A stretch of 40,713 nucleotides of DNA, from the NCBI GenBank assembly GCA_963766075.1, contig CAVYAN010000095.1, positions 1-40,713 of the forward strand, written 5' to 3'. The notes under the pieces are model-generated. The model was not told where the DNA came from. It was given only the letters and a program-made list of their open reading frames with translations, and searched no databases. Positions within the stretch are counted from its first letter, which is position 1; every line of letters begins with the position of its first letter. The DNA is from an uncultured cyanobacterium (lineage in GTDB: Bacteria > Cyanobacteriota > Cyanobacteriia > Leptolyngbyales > Leptolyngbyaceae). The translations under genes and the position numbers were made by a program. Of the stretch, positions 10,433-19,335 are shown piece by piece.

Positions 10433-11569
10433 ATGTACCCTGCTGCTGACTCTTCGTTTGATTCTCCGCAGTCCGAGGCCATGAATCGGATCACGACGAC
10501 CCGTAGGGGCAAGCACAAAATCTTTATTGGTATGGCTCCCGGCGTGGGCAAAACCTTCAAAATGTTGGAAGAGGCGCATCGTCTGAAGCAACAGGGCATT
10601 GATGTGGTGATCGGCATTTTGGAAACCCACGGGCGCAAAGAAACCGCTGAAAAAGCTCTGGGCTTAGAAACCATTCCCCGCCAGCGGTTTGATCAAGCCG
10701 GGGTCGTGCTGGAAGAAATGGATTCAGAAGCAATTTTGCAGCGATCGCCCCAGCTTGTCCTAGTGGATGAATTGGCCCATACAAATGTCCCCGGTGCCGC
10801 GCGTGAAAAGCGCTATCAGGATGTGGAAGTTATTTTGGCTGCGGGCATTAATGTCTATTCCACGGTCAATATTCAGCATCAAGAAAGCCTTAATGATATC
10901 GTCGCGCGGATCACCAGCGTGGTGGTGCGCGAACGTATTCCCGATCGCGTCATTGAAGATGCTGATGAAGTCGTGGTTGTAGATGTGACGCCCGAAACGC
11001 TGCAAGAGCGCCTGCGCGACGGCAAAATCTACGCCCCTGCCAAAATTGAACAATCCCTGCAAAATTTTTTCCAAAAGGGAAATTTGATTGCTCTGCGAGA
11101 ACTGGCTCTGCGGGAACTGGCCAATGCTGTGGAAGCCGACGGCAAAGATATTGCTCCTGCTGGACAATTTTGCCACATTCACGAGCGGGTCCTGGTCTGT
11201 CTCTCTACCCATCCCAATTCCATGCAGTTGCTCCGGCGCGGCGCTCGTCTTGCCCACTATATGAATGCGCCGCTGTATGCGCTGTTTGTTAGTCATCCCG
11301 ATCGCTTCCTGAGTAAGGCAGAGGCGCTGCATGTCGAAACCTGTGGACGCATCTGTCAGGAATTTTCCGGAGAATTTCTGCGGGTGTCCCATGCCAATGT
11401 GGTGCAGGCGATCGCCTCCATCGCTAAGACCCATCGCATCACCCAAATCGTCCTAGGCAAGTCGCGTCAGTCCCGCTTCCAGCTTTTGCTGAAAGGCTCA
11501 TTTATTGATCATTTGCTGCGGGCGATCGACCAAACCGATATTCACATCATTGAAACCCACGATAAATAA
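10433..11569 (+). CDS. kdpD: Truncated KdpD (N-terminal KdpD domain plus USP domain; no TM or kinase)
   Basis: GMAPGVGKT, LVDELAHTN, KRYQDV and GNLIALRELALR, then a USP-like region (ERVLVCLS...ITQIVLGKS) and stop. Start may be 10481. Confidence 0.9.
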   Translation: MYPAADSSFDSPQSEAMNRITTTRRGKHKIFIGMAPGVGKTFKMLEEAHRLKQQGIDVVIGILETHGRKETAEKALGLETIPRQRFDQAGVVLEEMDSEAILQRSPQLVLVDELAHTNVPGAAREKRYQDVEVILAAGINVYSTVNIQHQESLNDIVARITSVVVRERIPDRVIEDADEVVVVDVTPETLQERLRDGKIYAPAKIEQSLQNFFQKGNLIALRELALRELANAVEADGKDIAPAGQFCHIHERVLVCLSTHPNSMQLLRRGARLAHYMNAPLYALFVSHPDRFLSKAEALHVETCGRICQEFSGEFLRVSHANVVQAIASIAKTHRITQIVLGKSRQSRFQLLLKGSFIDHLLRAIDQTDIHIIETHDK

Positions 11570-11756
11570 TGATGGGTGGCAGTGCGCGACTGGCTCAGGG
11601 GTCCGCAGGATTTTTGCACCCCTCGGATGTGGGCATCGGGACCACGAGAATTTCGTATATCTACTGATCCTAGGTCAAATGGGAGTCCCGGAGGCTTCTA
11701 GGGAAGAATACGTTAATAAGAAGTCGTCCTAGGCCCCTGAAGCCGTCCATGAGATC

Positions 11757-12317
11757 ATGCTATCTAACTCCGAGTTGATTCAAGCGTTCGTGCAACACTC
11801 TTGTAATAATCGAGAAGTGCTCTTAGCCAATCCAGAACTGAGGGCAGAAAGTGTTTGTGGGGCCAATCAACTGATCGCAAAAGGGGAGGGCGTGGTTCTT
11901 ACAACGCGTCAAATGTCAACCTCGCTACAATTTTCTGTCAAATCGAGTTCCCATCACTGGCATACGATGGTTGGCGCACTGGCCGAATCAGGATTCCTAA
12001 TGACCGGGAATCCAAATCCACAACGCTTTTATACGTTTCAATATTACAAAATGCCGAAGGGATATCAGTCCCACTGTGCGGAGTCTGTCATATTGTGGCG
12101 ATTTTGGTGGAAACATCGAAAGCGCATCCTGCAGGCGGGTGTCCCGACAGAGCTTTTCATTCGGACCCGTGATACCTGGTACCCCATTCGTAACCTCTTT
12201 ATCAGCGACAGTGTGCTGTTCGTGCAAACGTTTGGTAGTGAAATTCCATTCCACGTCAGTGATTTGGTCGTTTGGCTCAGTAAAAAGTCGGAATCAACCC
12301 CTGCACAGACCGTCTGA
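11757..12317 (+). CDS. Hypothetical protein
   Basis: 186-aa ATG-initiated ORF with protein-like composition and no family I recognise. Confidence 0.65.
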   Translation: MLSNSELIQAFVQHSCNNREVLLANPELRAESVCGANQLIAKGEGVVLTTRQMSTSLQFSVKSSSHHWHTMVGALAESGFLMTGNPNPQRFYTFQYYKMPKGYQSHCAESVILWRFWWKHRKRILQAGVPTELFIRTRDTWYPIRNLFISDSVLFVQTFGSEIPFHVSDLVVWLSKKSESTPAQTV

Positions 12318-13177
12318 ACTGCGGGTTAGCCAGGAATCACCTTGCGACTGATGCCGTCCGGCTGATGCAGAATGTTGGCCTGGAATGTATCTAAGATTTC
12401 TATGGTTGTCAACAGACCGTCTGTCAAAGATGGCAAAGAAGCTGAATCTCTCTTGAGCCATCGATCTAAACGACATACAAATCTTAAAAATTCCTGACAG
12501 ACTCAAGCCTGTTGAGGATTTGCTGGATAATCTAGCCATGGTTTATGCCATGACGATTTATTTTCCTGTTAGGAGGCAGTCAGTTGTAATCAAGGGTTAT
12601 ATCCTGAAAGTCCTTATCTTTGCCTACGATAGACAGTTATCTATTAATCTATAGGTAGTGATCTTCAGTGAAATCAGCTAGCAGGCCAGTTGGTCGGCGG
12701 TTTGGTAGGCAGTCTGGAAGGTCGAGGCATTCTCCATAGTGTAAGTGTTTCTCAGCTCGACCTAGGGACATTCTGAATGCTTCAGTTTAATTAATTAGCT
12801 GATGAATTCATGGGCCTATCCTATCTGAAAGATTTCATTTCAATGGAATTCAACGTGTTAGTTTTTAGGTTTGTGTTAGACATTTTCGGTGTGGCTTTGT
12901 ACATCCTTTGAAAATTTTTAGAAAACACATTTTTGATTTCTAGTTTTGTCTATATACAAGGTCTATTACAAGGCTTTTGTTCTCATCCGTTGGTGTGATT
13001 CAGTAACCTTGACCATAGCTTGACAATACTTAAAGAGCCACCTTAAAGATCCGTAGATTTGTGTTATTTATAAGATTTTTGAGCGTATTGATTTATTGTG
13101 GACTCGTTGTCTGATGCGGATTTATTTCAGTTAATCCGATTTGAATCATTATTTGGCTATATTTTTGGTGATATTTT

Positions 13178-13675
13178 ATGTTGGAATATCTTCCCCCACT
13201 TAATGATCACAACTTGCCCTATCCCGACACAATGCATCCAATTGTGGTCCACTTTGTGATCGCGATGGTTCTGTTTGCCGTATTGTGCGATGGTATTGGC
13301 TACTTTACCCGCAATGCTCGGCTGTATGAAGTGAGCTGGTGGAATCTGTTTTTTGCCACGATTTCTATTTTTATTGCCATTATCTTTGGGCAGGTTGAAG
13401 CGGGATTGGCCGAGCCCTATGCAGCGGCGGAGTCAACTTTAAATCTGCATACGCTCCTAGGATGGTCAATGTCCGGCATTATCACAGCCGCGACCGCATG
13501 GCGCTATGTTCTGCGTTCCCGTGATCCCAAAACCTTGCCACTGCCATTTTTGGGGGTTGGTGTGTTGCTCACTGGGTTGGTATTTTTCCAGGTGTATTTG
13601 GGAGATCTGCTGGTCTGGGTGTATGGTCTACATACGGTGCCCGTTGTGGAAGCCGTGAGGGAGGGCGTATTGTAA
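13178..13675 (+). CDS. DUF2231-like membrane protein
   Basis: HPIVVHF motif, about four TM segments, further His residues (LHTLLG, LVWVYGLH). Confidence 0.8.
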   Translation: MLEYLPPLNDHNLPYPDTMHPIVVHFVIAMVLFAVLCDGIGYFTRNARLYEVSWWNLFFATISIFIAIIFGQVEAGLAEPYAAAESTLNLHTLLGWSMSGIITAATAWRYVLRSRDPKTLPLPFLGVGVLLTGLVFFQVYLGDLLVWVYGLHTVPVVEAVREGVL

Positions 13676-14279
13676 TGAATTCTGATTTAATTGATCAACT
13701 CAAGGGACAACTGGGTGCGAATGGGTTGCCCTACGCGCTGCCAATTCATCCCAACCTGGTGCATTTGACCCTGGGACTGTTCATTGTGGCGATCGCCTTC
13801 GATATAGTCGGCGTCCTCTTTCCTTTGGAAAAGCCCATCTTCAAATTTCTGGCAATTCCCGCAACGCGATCGAATTTCTTCGATGTGGGCTGGTACAACA
13901 TGCTGGCTGCCGCCGTAATCACCTTCTTCACCGTTGCTGCGGGCTTCTATGAAATCATGTTGGCGGCCCCCCCCGCCGATGTCAAAAGTGCCTGGGGCTT
14001 GCAGGCGATGGAAACCATGCTCTGGCACGGCGTTGGTGGCGTTATTTTGCTGCTGTTCATCGTTGTCATGACGGTCTGGCGAGGATTTCAACGATTTCTC
14101 TGGCGCAAGGATATGGCCAGACAGGTGCAATGGGGCTATCTCTGGCCGGACTGGGGGTTTTTGCCTTGATGTTTGTACACGGGACCTTGGGGGCACAGCT
14201 CGCAGCGGAATTTGGTGTGCATATCAGCGCTGATCGCCTGCTGCGCCTGGGCGAGAATCCGAACGTGCTGTTGAAGTAA
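13675..14279 (+). CDS. Second DUF2231-like membrane protein, with a -1 frameshift near 14142
   Basis: IHPNLVHL and LWHGVGG motifs. Adding one base after GYL restores LAGLGVFALMFVHGTLGAQLAAEFGVH...LLK* (TAA 14277-14279), matching the C-terminus of the paralogue. Start overlaps the upstream stop (TAATG). Confidence 0.8.
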
Positions 14280-14298
14280 CGCATCTCTCCGACCCTCG

Positions 14299-14358
14299 AC
14301 CTCGATCAAAGCTACCTCGATCAAAACTACGCCAATTCGTACTATGCCAATTCGTACA
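14299..14358 (+). repeat. Two adjacent 15-bp tandem duplications covering the ctaC start
   Basis: ACCTCGATCAAAGCT/ACCTCGATCAAAACT, then ACGCCAATTCGTACT/ATGCCAATTCGTACA. Confidence 0.8.
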
Positions 14359-15306
14359 ATTATCACGCTAGGAACGATCGCGATCGCCATTGCCCTGCTC
14401 AGCCTCTGGATGGGCCACCAAGCCTATGGCTGGTTTCCGCCCCAAGCCTCCGCCGAGTCGCAACTGGTGGATCAGTTGTTTAGTGTTTTGGTGGCGCTGG
14501 GCACCTTCATTTTTCTGGGCGTGGTAGGCACCTTGACTTATTCGGTGGTGTTTCAACGGGCGGGCAAGTATGACACTAGCGACGGTCCCCACATCGAAGG
14601 TAATGTGACGCTAGAGGCAGTCTGGACGGCGATTCCCTTTGCCTTGGTGATCGGGATTGCCTTTTACAGCTACCAGATTTATGACCGGATGTCGATTTTG
14701 GGGCCGATGGAGCATGTTCACATGCAGGTGATGACGGAGGCCGAGCCGATGGCAGAATCTGCTACCAGCGCCCTCCCGCCGATTGAGGTGCATGCCCGTC
14801 AGTGGGTGTGGGAGTTTTACTATCCGGAGCAAAAGGTGACGAGTACGGAACTGCATTTACCGAATCATCAGCGGGTGAAGTTGGTGTTGCGATCGGAGGA
14901 TGTCCTGCATGGCTTCTACGTGCCCGCCTTTCGGATCAAGCAAGATATTATTCCGGGGCGAGTGATTGATTTTGAGTTCACACCGATTCTGGAGGGCCGC
15001 TATCGGTTGCGGGATTCTGAGTACAGTGGCACCTACTTTGCTGCGATGCAAACCGATGTGGTGGTCGAATCTCCGGAGGCTTATCAGCACTGGCTCACGG
15101 ACGCGGCGGCCCATGCCCCTGTGCTGGCCTATAACCGCGCCTTTGATGAATATCAACGGGCCCAAAACTCCGGTAGTCCCGGGTGGAAAACGGTCGAACC
15201 CGCTGCGCCGCCTCGGGTCAATGCGCCCGCGTCTCCTACGGCCAGCCGTGCGGCAAATCTCTCCACAGTGGTCAAGCGAGGAACCTATGACGAATCTTTC
15301 TGTTGA
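14344..15306 (+). CDS. ctaC: Heme-copper oxidase subunit II, ARTO type (lacks the CuA cysteines)
   Basis: LEAVWTAIP, QWVWEFYY and DVLHGFYVP motifs; the CuA segment reads DSEYSGTYFAAM instead of CxExCGxxHxxM. Confidence 0.92.
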   Translation: MPIRTIITLGTIAIAIALLSLWMGHQAYGWFPPQASAESQLVDQLFSVLVALGTFIFLGVVGTLTYSVVFQRAGKYDTSDGPHIEGNVTLEAVWTAIPFALVIGIAFYSYQIYDRMSILGPMEHVHMQVMTEAEPMAESATSALPPIEVHARQWVWEFYYPEQKVTSTELHLPNHQRVKLVLRSEDVLHGFYVPAFRIKQDIIPGRVIDFEFTPILEGRYRLRDSEYSGTYFAAMQTDVVVESPEAYQHWLTDAAAHAPVLAYNRAFDEYQRAQNSGSPGWKTVEPAAPPRVNAPASPTASRAANLSTVVKRGTYDESFC

Positions 15307-16969
15307 AGCGATACCCCCAATCGCACAGCCCCAGCCCGGTGCGCCCGATAACTGGAAGCGATTCTTCAGCTTCAGCACCGACCATAAGGTAATCGGCATT
15401 CAATATTTGGTGACCTCCTTCTTTTTCTTTTTGATTGGGGGCATTCTGGCCATGATTATTCGTGGGGAGCTGATTACCCCCGAAGCCGATTTGCTCGATC
15501 GTGCAGTCTATAACGCCATGTTCACGATGCATGGCACCGTCATGCTGTTTTTGTGGACATTTCCGTCTCTGGTGGGGCTGTCCAATTATCTGGTGCCCTT
15601 GATGATTGGGGCCAAGGACATGGCCTTTCCCCGCTTGAATGCCGTGGCGTTTTGGATGGTGCCCGTGTTTGGGGTAATTCTGATGGCCAGCTTCTTTGTG
15701 CCCGGAGGCCCTTCGCAATCCGGTTGGTGGGCCTATCCTCCGGTGAGCCTCCAGAATCCCACTGGCAACCTGATCAACGGACAGTTTTTATGGTTGGTGG
15801 CCGTCGCCATCTCCGGCGTATCGTCAATTATGGGAGCGGTGAACTTTGTCACGACGATCGCCAAAATGCGGGCTCCCGGCATGACTTGGTTTCGGATGCC
15901 GGTGTTTGTCTGGACGGTGTTGGCGGCTCAAACCATTCAACTGTTCGGCTTGCCCGCTCTGACGGCGGGGGCGGTCATGTTGTTGCTCGATCTGACCGTT
16001 GGCACCAGCTTTTTTGACCCGGCCAAGGGGGGCGATCCGGTTCTGTTCCAGCATTTTTTCTGGTTCTACTCCCACCCAGCAGTATATGTGATTATTTTGC
16101 CGATCTTTGGCATTTTCTCGGAAATTTTTCCGGTCTATGCTCGCAAACCGCTGTTTGGCTACAAAGTGGTGGCGATTTCCTCGCTGGTGATTACGGGCTT
16201 AAGCGGCATTGTCTGGGTGCATCACATGTTCGCCAGCGGCACTCCCGGCTGGATGCGGATGCTATTTATGGCCACCACCATGTTGATTTCTGTGCCCACC
16301 GGGATCAAGGTGTTTGCCTGGGTCGCCACGATCTGGGGCGGCAAGTTGCGCCTGAGTACGCCCATGCTGTTTGCATTGGGTGGCCTGGTGATGTTTGTGT
16401 TTGCCGGGATTACGGGGATTATGCTAGCGGCGGTACCGATCGATATTCATGTCAACAACACCTACTTTGTCGTGGGGCACTTTCACTATGTGATCTACGG
16501 GGCCGTGGTCATGGGCATGTATGCGGCGCTGTATCACTGGTTCCCCAAAATGACGGGCCGGATGTATTCCGAAGGGCTGGGTAAGCTGCATTTTGTGCTG
16601 ACGTTTATCGGTACCAATGTCAACTTCTTTCCGATGCATCCCTTGGGCTTGCAGGGCATGCCCAGGCGGGTCGCCTCCTATGATCCTGAATTTGCGTTTT
16701 GGAATGTGATTGCTAGTCTGGGGGCCTTTCTTTTGGGCATCTCGACTCTACCCTTTTTACTGAATATGATTGGTTCTTGGGTCCAGGGTGAAAAGGCTCC
16801 GAAGAATCCCTGGCGGGCGATCGGGCTGGAATGGCTGCTCTCCTCGCCGCCGACTGCCGAGAACTTTGAGGAATTACCCATCGTCATTGCAGGTCCCTAC
16901 GGTTACGGTCAGTCAGAACCCCTTGTTGCTAACCCTGATGCGCTGGAGGTTGCCCATGAATCCCACTGA
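15287..16969 (+). CDS. ctaD: Heme-copper oxidase subunit I (A2-type YSHPxVY)
   Basis: STDHKVIG, TMHGTVM, DMAFPRLN, WFYSHPAVY, WVHHMF, VGHFHYV and GMPRR. ATG at 15287 follows a GAGG RBS. Confidence 0.96.
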   Translation: MTNLSVEAIPPIAQPQPGAPDNWKRFFSFSTDHKVIGIQYLVTSFFFFLIGGILAMIIRGELITPEADLLDRAVYNAMFTMHGTVMLFLWTFPSLVGLSNYLVPLMIGAKDMAFPRLNAVAFWMVPVFGVILMASFFVPGGPSQSGWWAYPPVSLQNPTGNLINGQFLWLVAVAISGVSSIMGAVNFVTTIAKMRAPGMTWFRMPVFVWTVLAAQTIQLFGLPALTAGAVMLLLDLTVGTSFFDPAKGGDPVLFQHFFWFYSHPAVYVIILPIFGIFSEIFPVYARKPLFGYKVVAISSLVITGLSGIVWVHHMFASGTPGWMRMLFMATTMLISVPTGIKVFAWVATIWGGKLRLSTPMLFALGGLVMFVFAGITGIMLAAVPIDIHVNNTYFVVGHFHYVIYGAVVMGMYAALYHWFPKMTGRMYSEGLGKLHFVLTFIGTNVNFFPMHPLGLQGMPRRVASYDPEFAFWNVIASLGAFLLGISTLPFLLNMIGSWVQGEKAPKNPWRAIGLEWLLSSPPTAENFEELPIVIAGPYGYGQSEPLVANPDALEVAHESH

Positions 16970-17588
16970 AATCGATCCCACCCTCAACTCAACCGTGATT
17001 TCTAGCCATAACGGAGAGACCCCTATATCGGAGCATGGCCACGATGAAGCAGGCAATCGCATGTTTGGCTTTATTGTGTTTCTGCTGTCGGAAAGTGTGA
17101 TTTTCTTCAGCTTTTTTACGGGCTACATTGTTTACAAAACCACAGCATTGGACTGGCTACCTGCTGGCGTTACCGGGTTGGAAATTCGCGATCCCGCCAT
17201 TAATACGGTGGTGCTCGTATCCAGCAGTTTTGTGATCTACATTGCTGAGCGCTTTCTCCATGCCAAAAATCTCTGGGGCTTCCGGGCCTTCTGGCTGCTG
17301 ACGATGGCAATGGGCAGTTACTTCTTGTACGGACAAGCAGTGGAATGGCGCAGCCTCTCCTTCGGCTTCACCGATGGCTTATTTGGGGGGACGTTCTATT
17401 TGCTCACGGGCTTTCACGGGCTGCATGTGCTGACAGGGGTGCTGTTGCAGGCAATCATGCTGGGGCGATCGCTCCTTCCGGGCAACTATGACAAGGGCGA
17501 GTTTGGTGTGGCTGCGACCTCTCTGTTCTGGCATTTTGTCGATGTCATCTGGATTATTTTATTTGTGCTGATCTATGTGTGGCAGTGA
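16956..17588 (+). CDS. ctaE: Heme-copper oxidase subunit III
   Basis: FLLSES, INTVVLVSSS, LTGFHGLHV and FWHFVDVIW. GGAGG RBS before the ATG at 16956. Confidence 0.95.
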   Translation: MNPTEIDPTLNSTVISSHNGETPISEHGHDEAGNRMFGFIVFLLSESVIFFSFFTGYIVYKTTALDWLPAGVTGLEIRDPAINTVVLVSSSFVIYIAERFLHAKNLWGFRAFWLLTMAMGSYFLYGQAVEWRSLSFGFTDGLFGGTFYLLTGFHGLHVLTGVLLQAIMLGRSLLPGNYDKGEFGVAATSLFWHFVDVIWIILFVLIYVWQ

Positions 17589-17597
17589 GGTGATGTC

Positions 17598-19106
17598 ATG
17601 ATTATCGACGACCAATCCTACGATTTGATCATTGTCGGTACAGGTGCTGGGGGCGGTACCCTGGCTCAGAAACTGGCTCCCTCGGGGAAAAAGATTTTGA
17701 TTTTGGAGCGGGGCGGCTTTATGCCCCTGGAGGAGCAGAATCGCAGTAATGTTGATGTCTTTAAGCGCGATCGCTACCATGCCCCGGAACAGTGGTATGA
17801 CAGTGCTGGAGAACCCTTTGCGCCCCAAATGAATTACGCGATCGGCGGCAATACCAAAATCTATGGTGCGGCCTTGCTGCGCTTTCGAGAACGGGATTTT
17901 GAAACGGTCAAACATCAGGCGGGGATCTCGCCGGAGTGGTGCGTCAAATACGCCGACTTTGAACCCTATTACACGGCAGCGGAAACTCTCTATAACGTTC
18001 ATGGTGAAGCTACGGCGGATCCAACGGAACCTCCTCGGAGTGGCGATTATCCCTTCCCAGCAATAGATCAGGAGACCCAAATCGCCAATATTTGTGGGGC
18101 GATCGCCCAGCAAGGTCTCCATCCTGCACCGTTACCCCTTGGATTAACCCGCCAAGACGATGACCCCACCAATGATTCCGAAGTCAGCGGCATTGTGCCT
18201 GCGTTAACCCACACCAATGTGACTGTGAAAACCGGTGCAAGGGTGGTTTGTCTGCACACCAATCCCTCCGGGCGGGCGGTTAAAGGGGTGGAAGCTGAGA
18301 TCGCTGGACAATCCTATCTATTTCTGGCCGACATTGTGGTGTTGGCCTGCGGGGCCGTGAACTCAGCCGCATTGCTACTGCGCTCGGTGAGCGATCGCCA
18401 TCCCCACGGCCTCGCCAATAGTTCAGGGTTGGTTGGGCGCAATTTGATGAAAAGCTTGATGACTGTAGTGGTGCAACTGAGTACCAAACCTAATTCCGGG
18501 GCTTTTCAAAAGACGGTGGGTATCAATGATTTTTACTGGGGCGATGCCGATTTTCCCTACCCCATGGGCCATATTCAAAATTCGGGTGGATTGCTGACGG
18601 ATGTGATTTTTGCCGAAGCGCCGCCCATGTTTTCCGTTCTGGCAAAATTTATGCCCGGTTTTGGGCTAAAACAGTTAGCCACCCATTCGATTGGCTGGTG
18701 GGCCCAGACGGAGGATTTGCCAGATCCCAACAACCGCGTGAGCGTGGACGGCAACAAGCTATCTATCACCTATACGCCCAACAACAGCGAGGCCCACGAT
18801 CGCCTCGTATACCGCTGGATCGAAGTGCTGAAAACAGTGGAAAAAAGATTGGACGGCTTTCAACGGGGATTCATGCATCCGCGCGGGGAAATTCCCATTC
18901 AGGTGATGGCCAACCAGTGTGGCACCTGTCGCTTTGGCAAAGATCCGGTCATATCTGTCCTAGACCCCAACTGCCGCGCCCATGATCTGGATAATCTGTA
19001 CGTAGTCGATGGCAGTTTCTTTCCCTCGAATGCCAGCGTTAGCCCTGCCTTGACGATTATGGCGAATGCGCTGCGGGTGGGCGATCGCCTGCTGGAACGG
19101 CTGTAA
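17598..19106 (+). CDS. GMC-family FAD-binding oxidoreductase with atypical active-site residues
   Basis: GTGAGGG Rossmann motif, ILERG, IGGNT, GAVNSAALLLRS, VGRNLM and NLYVVDGSFFP. Confidence 0.9.
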   Translation: MIIDDQSYDLIIVGTGAGGGTLAQKLAPSGKKILILERGGFMPLEEQNRSNVDVFKRDRYHAPEQWYDSAGEPFAPQMNYAIGGNTKIYGAALLRFRERDFETVKHQAGISPEWCVKYADFEPYYTAAETLYNVHGEATADPTEPPRSGDYPFPAIDQETQIANICGAIAQQGLHPAPLPLGLTRQDDDPTNDSEVSGIVPALTHTNVTVKTGARVVCLHTNPSGRAVKGVEAEIAGQSYLFLADIVVLACGAVNSAALLLRSVSDRHPHGLANSSGLVGRNLMKSLMTVVVQLSTKPNSGAFQKTVGINDFYWGDADFPYPMGHIQNSGGLLTDVIFAEAPPMFSVLAKFMPGFGLKQLATHSIGWWAQTEDLPDPNNRVSVDGNKLSITYTPNNSEAHDRLVYRWIEVLKTVEKRLDGFQRGFMHPRGEIPIQVMANQCGTCRFGKDPVISVLDPNCRAHDLDNLYVVDGSFFPSNASVSPALTIMANALRVGDRLLERL

Positions 19107-19181
19107 GCCATCTTTTGCCAGTCATCTCTTGACAGCCAGTCATCTTTTGCCAGTCATCTTTTGCCAGTCATCTTTCAGTCA
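19107..19181 (+). repeat. 14-bp tandem repeat CATCTTTTGCCAGT, about 5 imperfect copies
   Basis: Starts immediately after the GMC stop codon. Confidence 0.85.
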
Positions 19182-19335
19182 CTCCGAATAGCGGCGTGTC
19201 ACCTGTAATCCACGGGTGGCGGTGAATCAGGCTAACCGATGAGGCAGCCTCACAACTTCCTCAAGTTTGGCTCTTAACATAGCAGGCAATGTTGAATTGC
19301 TCTGTTTTTTATGTTTCACCGAAACAAGCAGGATT

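Noticed and set aside
10760..11446. Long antisense ORFs (e.g. 10760-11446, 465-974, 17559-18122, 23048-23506)
   Set aside because: They are shadows of well-supported genes on the opposite strand and have no recognisable motifs.
13020..13050. TTGACA as the -35 box of the oxidase operon
   Set aside because: No acceptable TAnnnT -10 element at 16-18 bp spacing.
14966..15286. 107-aa N-terminal extension of CtaD (and the 62-aa extension of CtaE from 16770)
   Set aside because: These overlap the upstream genes. RBS-preceded ATGs at 15287 and 16956 give normal-length proteins.
14344..17588. Canonical aa3 cytochrome c oxidase
   Set aside because: Subunit II lacks the CuA Cys/Cys/His ligands, so an ARTO-type enzyme fits better.
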